Assembly: GCA_963843845.1 (NCBI GenBank)
Contig: CAWJMB010000002.1
Coordinates: 1,376,001-1,440,000 of the forward strand
Direction of reading: 5' to 3'
Source of the DNA: an uncultured Gemmatimonadaceae bacterium
GTDB taxonomy: Bacteria > Gemmatimonadota > Gemmatimonadetes > Gemmatimonadales > Gemmatimonadaceae
DNA: 64,000 nucleotides
Part shown: positions 21,023 through 31,875 of the stretch, in pieces
Layout of the letters: each line of letters opens with the position of its first letter
Position numbering within the stretch: the first letter of the stretch is position 1
Program-made: the position numbers and the translations under genes
Notes under the pieces: model-generated
Seen by the model: only the letters and a program-made list of their open reading frames with translations
Databases searched by the model: none
What the model was told of the DNA's origin: nothing

Positions 21023-22569
21023 TCAGGGGGAGGACTCGGGGCGCGGAAAGAGTGGCGCGCCTCTCGTCACTCGCCAGCCCGACGGGTCGATCGTCATGAG
21101 ATCGGCCCACCGCTGATCGTGCACGTCCCCCGAGCCGCCGAGCTGCTTCCACAGCTCGGCGGCTTTGTTCGGCATGAAGGGGGCGACGCACACGGCCTGT
21201 CGGGCGATCTGCCGAACGAGCGACGCCATCACGGTCGCGAGCTCGTCGCGACGCGCGGGGTCTTTCGCGAGCGTCCACGGCGCGCTGCTCTGCACGTACT
21301 CGTTCGCGCGCGAGACGGTACGCCAGAGGGCGGCGAGCGCCTCGTTCAGCAGGTACCCTCGCGTGCCGTCCATCGACGGCGTGGTAGTCGGCGAGGTCGG
21401 CAGCGTCGGCGTCGTCGACGGCGCGTGCGCGGTGCGGTCGGCACGTCGCCGCCGAAGTACTTCTCGACCATGGCGATCGTGCGGCTCGCGAGGTTGCCGA
21501 ACGCGTTCGCGAGGTCGGCGGTGTAGCGCTCGTCGAATCGCTCCCACGAGAAGTTGCCGTCGCCGTCGAACGGGACCTCGCGCAGCAGGAAGTAGCGGAA
21601 CGCGTCGACGCCGTAGCGGTCGATCGCTTCGCCGAGGTCGAGGCTGTGACGCCGGAGCTCTTGCTGAAACGCTCGCCGCCCAACAGCACGAAGCCGTGCG
21701 CCCAGACCTGTTCGGGGAGCGGAAGCTCGGCCGCCTTCAGCATCGCCGGCCAGACGACCGTGTGCAGCCGTGTGATGTCCTTGCCGACGACGTGGAGCTG
21801 CGCGGGCCAGCGCGTCTCGAAGCCCGCGTCGGGATAGCCGGTCGCCGTGAGGTAGTTCGGCAGCGCGTCGAACCAGACCCACGTGCCCTGCGACTCGCCG
21901 GTCGTCGACGGGATCGGGAACGGGATCGCCCAGGCGAGCCGCGAGCGCGTGATCGAGAGATCCTCGAGTCCCTGATCGAGCAGCGACAGGATCTCGTTGC
22001 GGCGGCTCTCCGGGCGCAGGAAGTCCGGGTGCGTCGCGAAGTGCTCGCGCAGGAAGTCGCCGTACTTCGTCAGGCGGAAGAACCAGTTGCGCTCCTCGCG
22101 TCCACTGCAGCTCTCGCGTCGGGTGCAGCACGCAGTGGCCGTCGACGATCTCGGTCTCGCGCTTGAACAGCTCGCAGCCGACGCAGTACCACCCTTCGTA
22201 CGTCTGCTCGTAGAAGTCGTCGGGGTTGCGCTCCGCGATGCGCTCGATGAGTGCGCGGACGCCGCGCTTGTGCGACGCGTCGGTCGTGCGGATGAACTGG
22301 TCGTACGAGATGTCGAGGCGCGCCCACATCCGCCGGAACGTCTCCGCGATCCCGTCGACGAACGCCTGCGGCGCGAGGCCGCGCGCCTCCGCCGTCTGCG
22401 CGACCTTCTGTCCGTGCTCGTCGAGCCCCGTGAGGAAGTGCACGGCGCGGCCCGCCTGCCGCATGTACCGCGCGATGACGTCGGCACCGAGCTTCTCGTA
22501 GGCGTGGCCGTGGTGCGGCTCGCCGTTCGCGTAGTCGATGGCGGTCGTGATGAAGAACGGGGTCGTCAT
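21023..22569 (-). CDS. metG: Methionyl-tRNA synthetase, short form; several frameshifts
   Basis: FITTAIDYANGEPHHGH, LTGLDEHGQK, WYCVGCE, VWFDALPNY, VGKDI, RFSKS, RYFLLRE, LANAFGNL. Confidence 0.93.
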
Positions 22570-23819
22570 GCGTCGTCGCTCGTGGCGTCTGGGGCGTCTG
22601 GGGCGTCGGGCGGGGAGCCGCCCGCCGCATTGCTGCGCCCCCGCCGGCCGCCGCGCCGCCCGCGACGTCGGCGACGCACCGGGGCGTTCTCGTCGACCGG
22701 CGTGCCGTCCGCGTTCGCGACCGCCTCGTCGTCGAAGTCGTCGTCGCCGACGTCGACGGCCTCGGCGCTGTCGATGGCTTGCGGCTCGACCGGCGCAGGC
22801 GCGGCGCCGACCGGTTCGTCGGCGCGCCGCCGGTCGTTGCGCCGGCGGTCTGCGTCGCGGCGGTCGTCGCGGCGGTCGTCCGGCTGCGACGCCTGCGCTT
22901 CCACGACGACGCTCTCGATCGCGACCGTCGTCTGCGAGATGACGACCGTCGCGCCCTCCTCGCGGTCGTTCAGCGACGCGAGCTCCTGTCGCAGGTCGGC
23001 GAGCGGCACGATCCGCGTCTCGCCGTCGAACGTGCGCAGCGTCACGCGGTCGCGGAAGATGTCGTTCGCAACGACTTTCTCCTCGCCGCGCGCGGTGACG
23101 AGAATCTTCCCCTCTTTCGGGAATCGCTTGCGCGCCTGCACGTAGAACTCGTGCTCGTAGCGCAGCGAGCACATGAGCCGACCACACGCGCCCGAGATCT
23201 GCGTCGGGTTGAGCGACAGGTGCTGGTCTTTCGCGACGCTCAGGTTGACAGGCCGCAGCTCCGGCAGCCACGACGCCGAGCAGTACTCGCGCCCGCAGCG
23301 GCCGACGCCGTCGAGGCGCTTCGCCTCGTCGCGCACGCCGATCTGCTTCAGCTCGATGCGGGTGCGGAAGAGCGCCGCGAGGTCGCGCACGAGCGCCCGG
23401 AAATCGACGCGCTTCTCGGCCGTGAAATACAGGGTGAGCTTTCGCCGGTCCCACTGCCACTCGGCGTCGGTGACCTTCATGACGAGGCCGTGCGCCTTCA
23501 CGCGCTCGATCGCCTTGCGGCGCGCGCTCTCGTTCTGTTCCACGAGGTCGGACGAGCGCCGCACGTCGTCAGCAGTGGCGAGGCGGAGCGCGCGCCGCTG
23601 CGGCTGCGTCGACGCGCCGTCGACGAGCATCGCGGCGCCGTGGGCGACACCGGAGAACCGGTGCTCGGCGGCCTCGGCGACGGCGTGCACGTGGCCCATG
23701 TCCTCGCCGCGGTCACCCTCGACGATGATCGGCAGCCGCACGCGGGGCGGGTCGTCGCCGTCCCAGAGGAAGAACTCCTTGCGGTTCCCCTTGAACGCGA
23801 CCTCGATGAGGTGCGACAT
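22566..23819 (-). CDS. ricT: PSP1/RicT (YaaT) family protein with a long charged C-terminal tail
   Basis: YFTAEKRVDFRALV, RIELKQIGVRDEA, GRCGREYCS, LSLNPTQISGACGRLMCSLRYE. Confidence 0.88.
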   Translation of the reverse strand: MSHLIEVAFKGNRKEFFLWDGDDPPRVRLPIIVEGDRGEDMGHVHAVAEAAEHRFSGVAHGAAMLVDGASTQPQRRALRLATADDVRRSSDLVEQNESARRKAIERVKAHGLVMKVTDAEWQWDRRKLTLYFTAEKRVDFRALVRDLAALFRTRIELKQIGVRDEAKRLDGVGRCGREYCSASWLPELRPVNLSVAKDQHLSLNPTQISGACGRLMCSLRYEHEFYVQARKRFPKEGKILVTARGEEKVVANDIFRDRVTLRTFDGETRIVPLADLRQELASLNDREEGATVVISQTTVAIESVVVEAQASQPDDRRDDRRDADRRRNDRRRADEPVGAAPAPVEPQAIDSAEAVDVGDDDFDDEAVANADGTPVDENAPVRRRRRGRRGGRRGRSNAAGGSPPDAPDAPDATSDDA

Positions 23820-23839
23820 CGGCTTCGCTCTCGACTCGC

Positions 23840-24806
23840 TCAGCCGATGAACTGGCCCATCTTCATGTACTTCTCGCGGCGGCGCCGCACGAGCTTGTCG
23901 GGCTTCACGCGACGCAGCTCGTCGACGTGCTTGAGCAGCACATCGTGCAGCGACTTCGCCGTGGCCTCGTGATCGGCGTGCGCGCCGCCCGCTGGCTCGG
24001 GAATGATCTCGTCGATCACGCGCAACTCGTACAGATCAGGCGCCGTGATGCGCAGCGCCGACGCGGCCTTCTCGCGCATCTCGGGACTCTTGCCGTCCTT
24101 CCAGAGGATCGCGGCGCACCCCTCGACGGTGATGACCGAGTAGACGGAGTTCTCCAGCATGAGCACGCGGTCGGCGACGCCGAACGCGAGCGCGCCGCCG
24201 GAGCCGCCTTCGCCGATGACGGTGGCGATGATCGGCACGCTGCAGCTGCGCCATCTCGATGAGGTTGCGCGCGATCGCCTCGCTCTGCCCGCGCTCCTCG
24301 GCGCCGAGCCCGGCCTACGCGCCGGGCGTGTCGATGAACGTGAGCACCGGCACCTGGAACTTCTCGGCGAGCTTCATGAGGCGCAGCGCCTTGCGATAGC
24401 CCTCGGGGTGCGGCATCCCGAAGTTGCGGCGCAGGTTCTCCTTGGTGTCGCGGCCTCGCTGGTGGCCGATGATCATCACCGTCTCGCCGTCGAGCCGCGC
24501 CAAGCCGCCGACGATCGCCGCGTCCTCGCGGAACGCGCGGTCGCCGTGCAGCTCGATCCAGTCGGTGAAGCAGAGCCGCACGTAGTCGAGCGTGAACGGC
24601 CGGCGGTTGGAGCGCGCGACCTGCACGCGCTGGAGCGGCGTGAGGTTCCGGTAGATCTCGAGCCGCAGCTCCCCGAGCCGTCGCTCGAGCGGCGCGAGGT
24701 CGTCGGCGACGTCGACGGAGCGCTCCGCGGCTGCGCGCTTCAGCTCGTCGATCTGTCGCTCGAGGTCGGCGATGGGCTTCTCGAAGTCGAGTGCCGCTGT
24801 AGCCAT
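23840..24806 (-). CDS. accA: Acetyl-CoA carboxylase carboxyltransferase alpha; in-frame TAG at 24315-24317 and a frameshift near 24240
   Basis: [59 protein letters not shown]. Confidence 0.93.
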
Positions 24807-24838
24807 GAGTCAGCGCGAAAGGGTGGTCACGTCCGAGC

Positions 24839-27800
24839 TTACGCCCGAACGAAACGTACGCGGTCGTCGCCGAGCAGCGCGCGGAGCTCGTTCAGCACCG
24901 CGTTCGACGGGGCGACGGCGACGGAGCGCGAGCGGAAGCGCGCGGTCGTGCCGGCGCGGGTGTCGCGCCATCGCAGCTCGATCGGCGTCGTGCCGGGGTA
25001 CGCCTCGCACGCGGCGCGCACGTCGTGCATGACACCGGGGGTGAGGCCGGTGCCCGGTCCGAGATCGATGACGATCGCGATCTGCCCGCCGACGCGCTTC
25101 TCGGCGAGGCGCGTGATCTTCTCGACGATGAACGTCGGGCTCTCGGCGCCCTGGTCGCGCTTGCCATAGCTCCCCTCGACGAGCACCGGGACGTCAGTCG
25201 CAACGGTCGGGGCGAGTGCGGCCCACGCCTCGGGGAAGACGAGCACCTCGGTGGACCCCGAGAAGTCCTCGAGCGTGAGACGCGCGTACTCGGCGCCGCT
25301 GCGCTTCGAGATCTGCTTCTTCACCGCGGTGATGACGCAGGCGAGCGTCATGCGGTCCGGCTTCCACGCCCCGAGCTCCGCGACCTTCTGGGTCGCGAAG
25401 ATCTCCGCCTCGGCGCGGAACGGCTCGAGCGGGTGGCCGGAGACGTAGAAGCCGAGGATCTCCTTCTCGCGGGCGAGGCGGTCGCTCTCGTTCCACGACG
25501 GCACGTTCGGCAGCGTCGGCTTGTGCGCGTTCGCCGTCGCCTCGCTCGCCGCGTTCCCGTCGCCGAAGAGCGACAGCACGCCGCGCTGCTCCTCGTCCTG
25601 CTTGAGTGACGCGCCGGAGATCGCGCTGTCGAGCGCCGCGACGTACTGCGCGCGGTGACCGCCGACGCCGTCGAGCGCGCCGGCGCCGATGAGCGCCTCG
25701 AACACGCGCTTGTTGCAGGCGCGCAGATCGACGCGCTCGACGAAGTCGAAGAACGACGCGTACGGGCCGTCGGCCGCGCGACTCACGAGCACCGACTCGA
25801 CGGCGCCGTGTCCGACGTTGCGCACGGCCCCGAGCCCGAATCGGATGCGGTTCTCGCCGACGACGGTGAACTTGTAGCCGCTCTCGTTCACGTCCGGCGG
25901 CAGCACATCGATCCCCATCTCGCGCGTCTCGGCGACGTACTTCACGACGCTGTCGGTGTCACCGATGCAGCTCGAGAGTAGCGCGGCCATGAAGTCGGCC
26001 GGATAGTTCGCCTTGAGATACGCGGTGTGATACGAGACGATGGAGTACGCGACCGAGTGTGACTTGTTGAATCCGTACCGCCCGAACGTCTCGATCTGGC
26101 TCGCGATGTCGGTGATCACGGCGCGGTCGTGTCCGCGCGCGATCGACTTCTCGGTGAACTTGCCGAGCTCCGCGCGGATCAATTCCGCGTCCTTCTTCCC
26201 GACCGCCTTGCGCAGCACGTCGGCCTCGGCGAGCGAGATGCCGGCGAGCGTCTGCGCGATGCGCATCACCTGCTCCTGGTAGGTGATGACGCCCTGCGTC
26301 TCGCGGAGGATCGGCTCGAGCTCGGGGAGCGCGTACGACACCGCCTCCTCGCCACGTTTCCGCTTGATGTAGACCTTGTGCATCCCGGTGTCGAGCGGTC
26401 CCGGGCGGAGCAGCGCGTTCGACGCGACGAGGTCGTCGAAGCGGTCGCAGCGCATCTGGCGGAGCACGTCGGTCGCGAGCGGCGACTCGAACTGGAAGAC
26501 TCCCGCGGTGCGTCCCGAGCGCAGCATCGCGTACGTCTTCGCGTCGTCGAGCGCGAGGGTGTCGAGGTCGAGCCACCGACCCGTGCGCGCCTGGATGGAC
26601 GTGAGCGCGTCGTGGATGACGGTGAGCGTCGTCAGCCCGAGGAAGTCCATCTTCAACATGCCCGCCTTTTCCAGCGCGTTCATGTCGTACTGCGCGACGG
26701 TGATCTTCTCGTCGCCGCTGTCGCCGCCGGCCCCCTTCGAGGCCTGCGTGCAGATCGGCACGAACTCGTGCACCGGGCCGGGCGCGATGACGACGCCCGC
26801 CGCGTGCACGCCGGTGTGGCGGCTCAAGCCTTCGAGCGCGCGGGCGTAGTCGAGCAGCTCGTGGTAGCGCTCGTCGTCGCGATACTGCCGGGCGACGTCC
26901 GGCACCTGCTCGATCGCCTCGGCGATCGTGAGCGAGTGGTTCGGCGCGTTCGGGATGAGCTTCGCGAGCGCGTCCGTCTCCGCCGGCGTGAAGCCGAGCA
27001 CGCGGCCGACGTCCTTCACGGCGGCGCGCGACTTCATCGTGCCGAACGTCACGATCTGGCAGACCGATTCCTTGCCGTACTTCTGCCGCACGTACTCGAT
27101 GACCTCGCCGCGCCGCTCGAAGCAGAAGTCGACGTCGACGTCGGGCATCGACACGCGCTCCGGATTCAGGAAGCGCTCGAACAGCAAGTCGAACTCGAGC
27201 GGGCACACGTTCGTGATGCCCAACGCGTAGGCGACCAGCGAGCCCGCCGCCGAGCCGCGCCCGGGGCCGACGGGGATGCCGCGATCACGCGCCGCCTTGA
27301 TGAAGTCGGCGACGATGAGGAAGTACCCCGCGTACCCCGTCTGCAGGATCACGCCGAGCTCGTAGTCGAGGCGCGCTTTCACCTCGGGCGCGAGCTCGCC
27401 GTCGGCCGCGCCGCGTTTGCCGGCGTAGCGCGCGTACGTCCCGTCGGTCGCCAGCTTCGCCAGCAGGTCGTTCTCGGTCGCGACGCCCTGGGGGAGCGGG
27501 AAGGACGGGACGTGGTACTTCTTGCCGAACTGGACGTCGACTTCGTCGGCGATCCGCAGCGTGTTCTCGACGACGTCGCCGCGTCCGGCGAAGCGCTCGC
27601 CGATCTCCGCGTGGCTCTTGAAGTAGAGCCCGCGGTCGTAATGCATCCGGTCGGCGTCGTTCCGGTCCTTGCCGAGCCCGATGCAGAGCAGCACGTCGTG
27701 CGCGTCGTGGTCGTCGCGCTTCAGGAAGTGCGCGTCGTTCGTCGCGATGACCGGAAGGCCGATCTCGCCGGACAGGCGAAAGATCTTCTCGTTCAGCGTC

Positions 27801-28351
27801 GACTGCCCGGCGGAGTCGTGCGCCTGCACTTCGAGGTAATACCGGTCCTTGAAGACGTTCGCATACCACGCCGCCGCCTCTCTCGCCGCCTCCCAGCGGT
27901 CGTCCATGAGGTGCCCGGCGACCTCCCCGGCGAGGCACGCGGACGACACGATCAGCCCCTCGCTGTGCGCCGCGAGCAGCTCGCGGTCGATGCGCGGCTT
28001 CACGTAGAACCCTTCGGTGTACGCGAGGGAGCTCAGCTTCACCAGGTTCTTGTAGCCCACGGCGTCGCGGGCGAGCAGCACGAGGTGGTAGTAGGGCTTC
28101 GCGCCGGGGGCGGGGCGGCTGCGCTCACGTCGCGACCCCGTCGCGACGTACGCCTCCATCCCCATGATCGGCTTCACCTTCGCCTTCCGCGCCTTCTCCT
28201 GAAACTCCCACGCGGCGTGCATGTTACCGTGGTCGGTAATCGCCAGTGCGGGCTGTTCCAGCTCGATGGCGCGGCGGATCAGGTCGTCGATCCGGTTCGC
28301 GCCGTCGAGGAGCGAATACTCGGAGTGGCAGTGCAAGTGTACGAATGACAT
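24839..28351 (-). CDS. dnaE: DNA polymerase III alpha subunit
   Basis: FVHLHCHSEYSLLDG, TDHGN, GPGRGSAAGS, FERFLNPERVSMPDVDVDF, KMDFLGL, YGFNKSHS and C-terminal OB fold. Confidence 0.97.
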   Translation of the reverse strand: MSFVHLHCHSEYSLLDGANRIDDLIRRAIELEQPALAITDHGNMHAAWEFQEKARKAKVKPIMGMEAYVATGSRRERSRPAPGAKPYYHLVLLARDAVGYKNLVKLSSLAYTEGFYVKPRIDRELLAAHSEGLIVSSACLAGEVAGHLMDDRWEAAREAAAWYANVFKDRYYLEVQAHDSAGQSTLNEKIFRLSGEIGLPVIATNDAHFLKRDDHDAHDVLLCIGLGKDRNDADRMHYDRGLYFKSHAEIGERFAGRGDVVENTLRIADEVDVQFGKKYHVPSFPLPQGVATENDLLAKLATDGTYARYAGKRGAADGELAPEVKARLDYELGVILQTGYAGYFLIVADFIKAARDRGIPVGPGRGSAAGSLVAYALGITNVCPLEFDLLFERFLNPERVSMPDVDVDFCFERRGEVIEYVRQKYGKESVCQIVTFGTMKSRAAVKDVGRVLGFTPAETDALAKLIPNAPNHSLTIAEAIEQVPDVARQYRDDERYHELLDYARALEGLSRHTGVHAAGVVIAPGPVHEFVPICTQASKGAGGDSGDEKITVAQYDMNALEKAGMLKMDFLGLTTLTVIHDALTSIQARTGRWLDLDTLALDDAKTYAMLRSGRTAGVFQFESPLATDVLRQMRCDRFDDLVASNALLRPGPLDTGMHKVYIKRKRGEEAVSYALPELEPILRETQGVITYQEQVMRIAQTLAGISLAEADVLRKAVGKKDAELIRAELGKFTEKSIARGHDRAVITDIASQIETFGRYGFNKSHSVAYSIVSYHTAYLKANYPADFMAALLSSCIGDTDSVVKYVAETREMGIDVLPPDVNESGYKFTVVGENRIRFGLGAVRNVGHGAVESVLVSRAADGPYASFFDFVERVDLRACNKRVFEALIGAGALDGVGGHRAQYVAALDSAISGASLKQDEEQRGVLSLFGDGNAASEATANAHKPTLPNVPSWNESDRLAREKEILGFYVSGHPLEPFRAEAEIFATQKVAELGAWKPDRMTLACVITAVKKQISKRSGAEYARLTLEDFSGSTEVLVFPEAWAALAPTVATDVPVLVEGSYGKRDQGAESPTFIVEKITRLAEKRVGGQIAIVIDLGPGTGLTPGVMHDVRAACEAYPGTTPIELRWRDTRAGTTARFRSRSVAVAPSNAVLNELRALLGDDRVRFVRA

Positions 28352-28359
28352 CGGATCGT

Positions 28360-28389
28360 AGAATAGCCGTGCCGCACCCCCCCTGTCAA
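28360..28389 (-). promoter_or_regulatory. Sigma70-type promoter of dnaE, probably leaderless
   Basis: Minus strand TTGACA-N18-TATTCT, then 8 nt to the dnaE ATG; no SD sequence. Confidence 0.7.
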
Positions 28390-28394
28390 AGCGC

Positions 28395-30710
28395 GTGTTG
28401 CTGCGCAGAGTGGTCCTAAGTTCAAGATTGGCAAGCAGTTGCCTCGGTTCGATCGGGGCCTGCGCCGCGCTCCTGCTCGGAGGCGCGTGCGGCGGCCCCG
28501 ACCCGGCCGAGCCGCTGCCGTTGTATACCGTCGCCCACGGGGTGGGCGGCGTGCTGACCGCGCCGGCCGGCAGTGAGCTGCCGCAGGCGCTCACGGTGCT
28601 CGTCCGCACGCCCGACAGTCTCCCGGCGCGCGGGGTCGCGGTGCGCTTCGAGATCGTGGCCGGACGCGGCGCCACGTTGAGCGATACGCTCGTCGCCACG
28701 AACGCTGCCGGGATCGGCACCACCCGGCTGCGACTGGGGGGCACGACGGACACGGTGGTGATCGCCGGAAGCGTGCGCGGACAGGAAGATCGCGGCGTCA
28801 CGTTCTTCGTTCGCGCGACGCCGGGCGCGGCGCTCGTCTCGGCGCAGCCGGCGTCGCTCGCATCGGGGGACACGGTCACGCTGCGCGGGCGGGGGCTCAC
28901 CGCGGCGGGCGTGGGCGCGATCGACGTGCTGTTCGGGACGGCGCGCGGCCGGCTCGCGGCACCGGCCAGCGACACGCTCCTCCGCGTCGTCGTGCCGCCG
29001 TGCCTGCCGGCGGGCGCGGTCGCCGTCACCGTCCGCGCCGGATCGGCACTGACGAACGCGCTCGTCGTGCCGAGCGCCGGTGCGGTGGCGCCACTCGCGC
29101 TCGCGGTCGGGGAGGGGGCGACCGTCCGAGGAAGCGAGATGGGCTGCCTGCGGTTCGCCGCCGAGTCGCAGCGGTTCATCGTCATCCCCCAGTTCGCTCC
29201 GTTCACCGACACGGTCCCGACGACGCGTCCCTTCGCGCTCACGGCCGACGCGCCACTGGTCGCGATCGCCGACGGCGAGGTGGCGGCGGCTGCCAGGCCG
29301 GCCGGGAGCGCCACCGTCTCCACGCGCGCGACGTTCGAGGGAATGCTGCGCGCGGCCGAACAGGCGGCGGCACGATCGATCGTCGAGGCGTCCGGCCGCG
29401 ATGCGCTTCGCGTTCCGGGCGACGAGCGGTCGGCCGACCCCGCGCGCCGCTCGCTGCTGCTCGCCCCCGCGACGCCGCCGACCCCGCCCACGCCGCCCCC
29501 GTTCGGCAGCACGCGCGCCTTCCAGGTGCTGACGCGCCTCGACGGCACCGCCTTCGCCACGACGACGGGGCGGCTGCGCTACGCCGGCGCGCACATCCTC
29601 GTCTACGAGGACGTCGACGCGCCGGCGCCGCTCGTCGACTCGACCGTGGCTGCGTTGGGTGCGCTGTTCGATGCGACGCTCTACGACCTCGACGTCAGCA
29701 CGTTCGGCGCCGAATCCGACATCGACGGCAACGGCCGCGTGGTCGTGCTCCTCACGCCCCTCGTGAACGCGCTGACGCCGGCGGTGCAGTGCGCGGCGAG
29801 CGGGTTCGTGCCGGGCTTCTTCTACGGCGTCGACCTCGACACGCGCCACAAGAACTCGAACAAGGGCGAGATCTTCTACGCCTTCGTGCCCGACCCGCAG
29901 GCGCGGCGCAGTTGCGCGCAGTCGCTGACCACCGTGCTCGGTCTGCTCCCGGCGACGTTCCTGCACGAGTTCCAGCACATGATCTCGTTCAACCAGCACG
30001 TGCTCGTGCGGCGCGCCGGCACCGAACAGGTGTGGTTGAACGAGGGGCTGAGCCACTTCGCCGAGGAGCTCGGCGCGAGGCACTACGACGCCCGTCTGCC
30101 GGCCCCGCGCGGCCGCACGTTCGCCACGCAACTGCTCCCCGACTCGGCGGTCCCGTTCATCCGCGGGAACCTCGAGAACGCGGCGCTCTGGCTCATCACC
30201 CCGTTCACGAACTCGCTCATCGCGTACCGCGGCTTCGGCACGCTCGAGGAGCGCGGCGTCGCGTGGCTGTTCGTGCGCTGGCTGGGAGCGCAGAAGGGCG
30301 ACGCGGTGTACGCCCGCCTCGTGCAGAGCGGGCTGCGCGGCGGGCAGAACGTCGAGTCGGCGACCGGCGAGAGCTTCGCGTCGCTGTTCGCGGACTTCTC
30401 GATCGCGGTCTACGCCGACAGCATTCCGGGCGTCGCGCGCAGCGTGGTGCCGTTGCGCTACCGACTCGGGCCGCGGACGCTACGCGAGCTGGTGACGCGC
30501 GTATCGAGTCGGTCGAGCTTTCCCCTGACGCTGCGGAGCGGCCCGGCCGTCGGGACGAGCGTCTCGAGCGCCCTCGTGCAGGACGGCGCGGGGTACTACC
30601 TGGTGACCGTGCCACGCGGCGGTCTCACGCTCCGCTACACGGCGCCGAACGACGCGCCCTTCCCGCCGCCGCTCGTGCCGCAGCTCGGCGTCGTGCGCAT
30701 CACGCCGTAA
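28395..30710 (+). CDS. Secreted/lipoprotein zinc metallopeptidase with Ig-like (IPT/TIG) domains; start uncertain
   Basis: Lipobox-like LGGAC; Ig-like repeats; FGAESDIDGNG, HEFQH and WLNEGLSHFAEE (gluzincin-type). Confidence 0.8.
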   Translation: MLLRRVVLSSRLASSCLGSIGACAALLLGGACGGPDPAEPLPLYTVAHGVGGVLTAPAGSELPQALTVLVRTPDSLPARGVAVRFEIVAGRGATLSDTLVATNAAGIGTTRLRLGGTTDTVVIAGSVRGQEDRGVTFFVRATPGAALVSAQPASLASGDTVTLRGRGLTAAGVGAIDVLFGTARGRLAAPASDTLLRVVVPPCLPAGAVAVTVRAGSALTNALVVPSAGAVAPLALAVGEGATVRGSEMGCLRFAAESQRFIVIPQFAPFTDTVPTTRPFALTADAPLVAIADGEVAAAARPAGSATVSTRATFEGMLRAAEQAAARSIVEASGRDALRVPGDERSADPARRSLLLAPATPPTPPTPPPFGSTRAFQVLTRLDGTAFATTTGRLRYAGAHILVYEDVDAPAPLVDSTVAALGALFDATLYDLDVSTFGAESDIDGNGRVVVLLTPLVNALTPAVQCAASGFVPGFFYGVDLDTRHKNSNKGEIFYAFVPDPQARRSCAQSLTTVLGLLPATFLHEFQHMISFNQHVLVRRAGTEQVWLNEGLSHFAEELGARHYDARLPAPRGRTFATQLLPDSAVPFIRGNLENAALWLITPFTNSLIAYRGFGTLEERGVAWLFVRWLGAQKGDAVYARLVQSGLRGGQNVESATGESFASLFADFSIAVYADSIPGVARSVVPLRYRLGPRTLRELVTRVSSRSSFPLTLRSGPAVGTSVSSALVQDGAGYYLVTVPRGGLTLRYTAPNDAPFPPPLVPQLGVVRITP

Positions 30711-31844
30711 GTGGACCGTCCGGCACGTGCGTCGTCCGTGAAGCACCGGTCGCCGACGCGTCGGCTCGTCGTGCGAGTCGCGACGATCGTCGGCGGGTTG
30801 CTCGGGCTGGTCGTGCTCGGGCTGAGCGTGTTCCCGACTGGCCGCTATCTGCTGCGGTCGGGGTGGGAGGAGGCGTACATCCTCGCGCGCCGGCGCAGCA
30901 TCGCGTCGATCGTGAACGACAGCACGAGTGCCGATTCGGTCGACGCCCGCACGCGCGCGAAGCTGCGGCTCGTTCTCGAGGCGCGTCGCTTCGCGGCCGA
31001 CTCGATCGGGCTCGACGCGGGCGAGAGCTTCACCCTCTACTCGGACATCGGCCGGGACACGCTCGTCCTCGTGCTCTCCGGGGCGCGGCGCGACCGGCTC
31101 GAGGCGTACACGTGGTGGTTCCCGATCGTCGGGCGCGTGCCCTACAAGGGGTGGTTCGACGTCGCCGCGTCGCGGCGCGCGGCGAACGATCTGAAGTCGC
31201 GCGGCTTCGACGTCTACCTGCGGCCATCGGCGGCGTTCAGCACACTCGGCTGGTTCAACGACCCGCTCCTGAACACGACGCTCCGCGCCGACATGCTCGA
31301 CCTCGCGAACACGGTCGTGCACGAGCTGACGCACAACACGTTCTACGCGTCGGGGCAGGCGGGGTTCAACGAGTCATTCGCGAGCTTCGTCGGCGCGCGC
31401 GGCTCGGCGCGGCTCTTCCGCGCCCGCGGCGACTCCGCTCGCGCGAAGGAGGCGGACCGACGCTGGGTGCAGGACCAGCGCCTCGCGGCGTTCTGGACCG
31501 CGGTCGCGCGCTCGCTCGACTCGGCGTATGCGGCCGCGGGGCCGGACAGCATGACGCGGGTGCGCGCCGCCGACAGCGTGTACGCGAGGGCGCGCGTCAC
31601 GCTCGTGAACGACATCGCCCCGGCCGTCGGCGCGACGGCGCGCTGGGCGTCGCGCATGCAGCTCGACAACGCCGCGCTGCTCGCGCGCCTCACCTACGGG
31701 CGCGACCTGCCGCTCTTCGACAGCGTGTGGGTCCGGGAGGGGCGCGACCTTCGGCGCAGCGTGCGCCGCATCGTCGCGCTCGCGAAGTCGGAGCCGAACG
31801 ACCCGTACGCCGCCGTCCGCGCCTGGCTCGGTGGCGTGCGATGA
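30711..31844 (+). CDS. Predicted zinc aminopeptidase (DUF2265-like)
   Basis: WWFPIVGRVPYKGWF, AFSTLGWFNDPLL, HELTH, FNESFASFVG. Confidence 0.85.
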   Translation: MDRPARASSVKHRSPTRRLVVRVATIVGGLLGLVVLGLSVFPTGRYLLRSGWEEAYILARRRSIASIVNDSTSADSVDARTRAKLRLVLEARRFAADSIGLDAGESFTLYSDIGRDTLVLVLSGARRDRLEAYTWWFPIVGRVPYKGWFDVAASRRAANDLKSRGFDVYLRPSAAFSTLGWFNDPLLNTTLRADMLDLANTVVHELTHNTFYASGQAGFNESFASFVGARGSARLFRARGDSARAKEADRRWVQDQRLAAFWTAVARSLDSAYAAAGPDSMTRVRAADSVYARARVTLVNDIAPAVGATARWASRMQLDNAALLARLTYGRDLPLFDSVWVREGRDLRRSVRRIVALAKSEPNDPYAAVRAWLGGVR

Positions 31845-31875
31845 GCCAGGCGGCCGGTCGGCGATCGTCAGGCGC

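Noticed and set aside
21023..24806. metG and accA (and pdhABC) as pseudogenes
   Set aside because: Core genes with intact motifs in every fragment; clustered indels point to sequencing error.
28352..29560. Apparent 400-aa N-terminal extension of DnaE in the ORF track
   Set aside because: It is antisense to the metallopeptidase gene; the real start is MSFVHLH at 28351, directly after a promoter.
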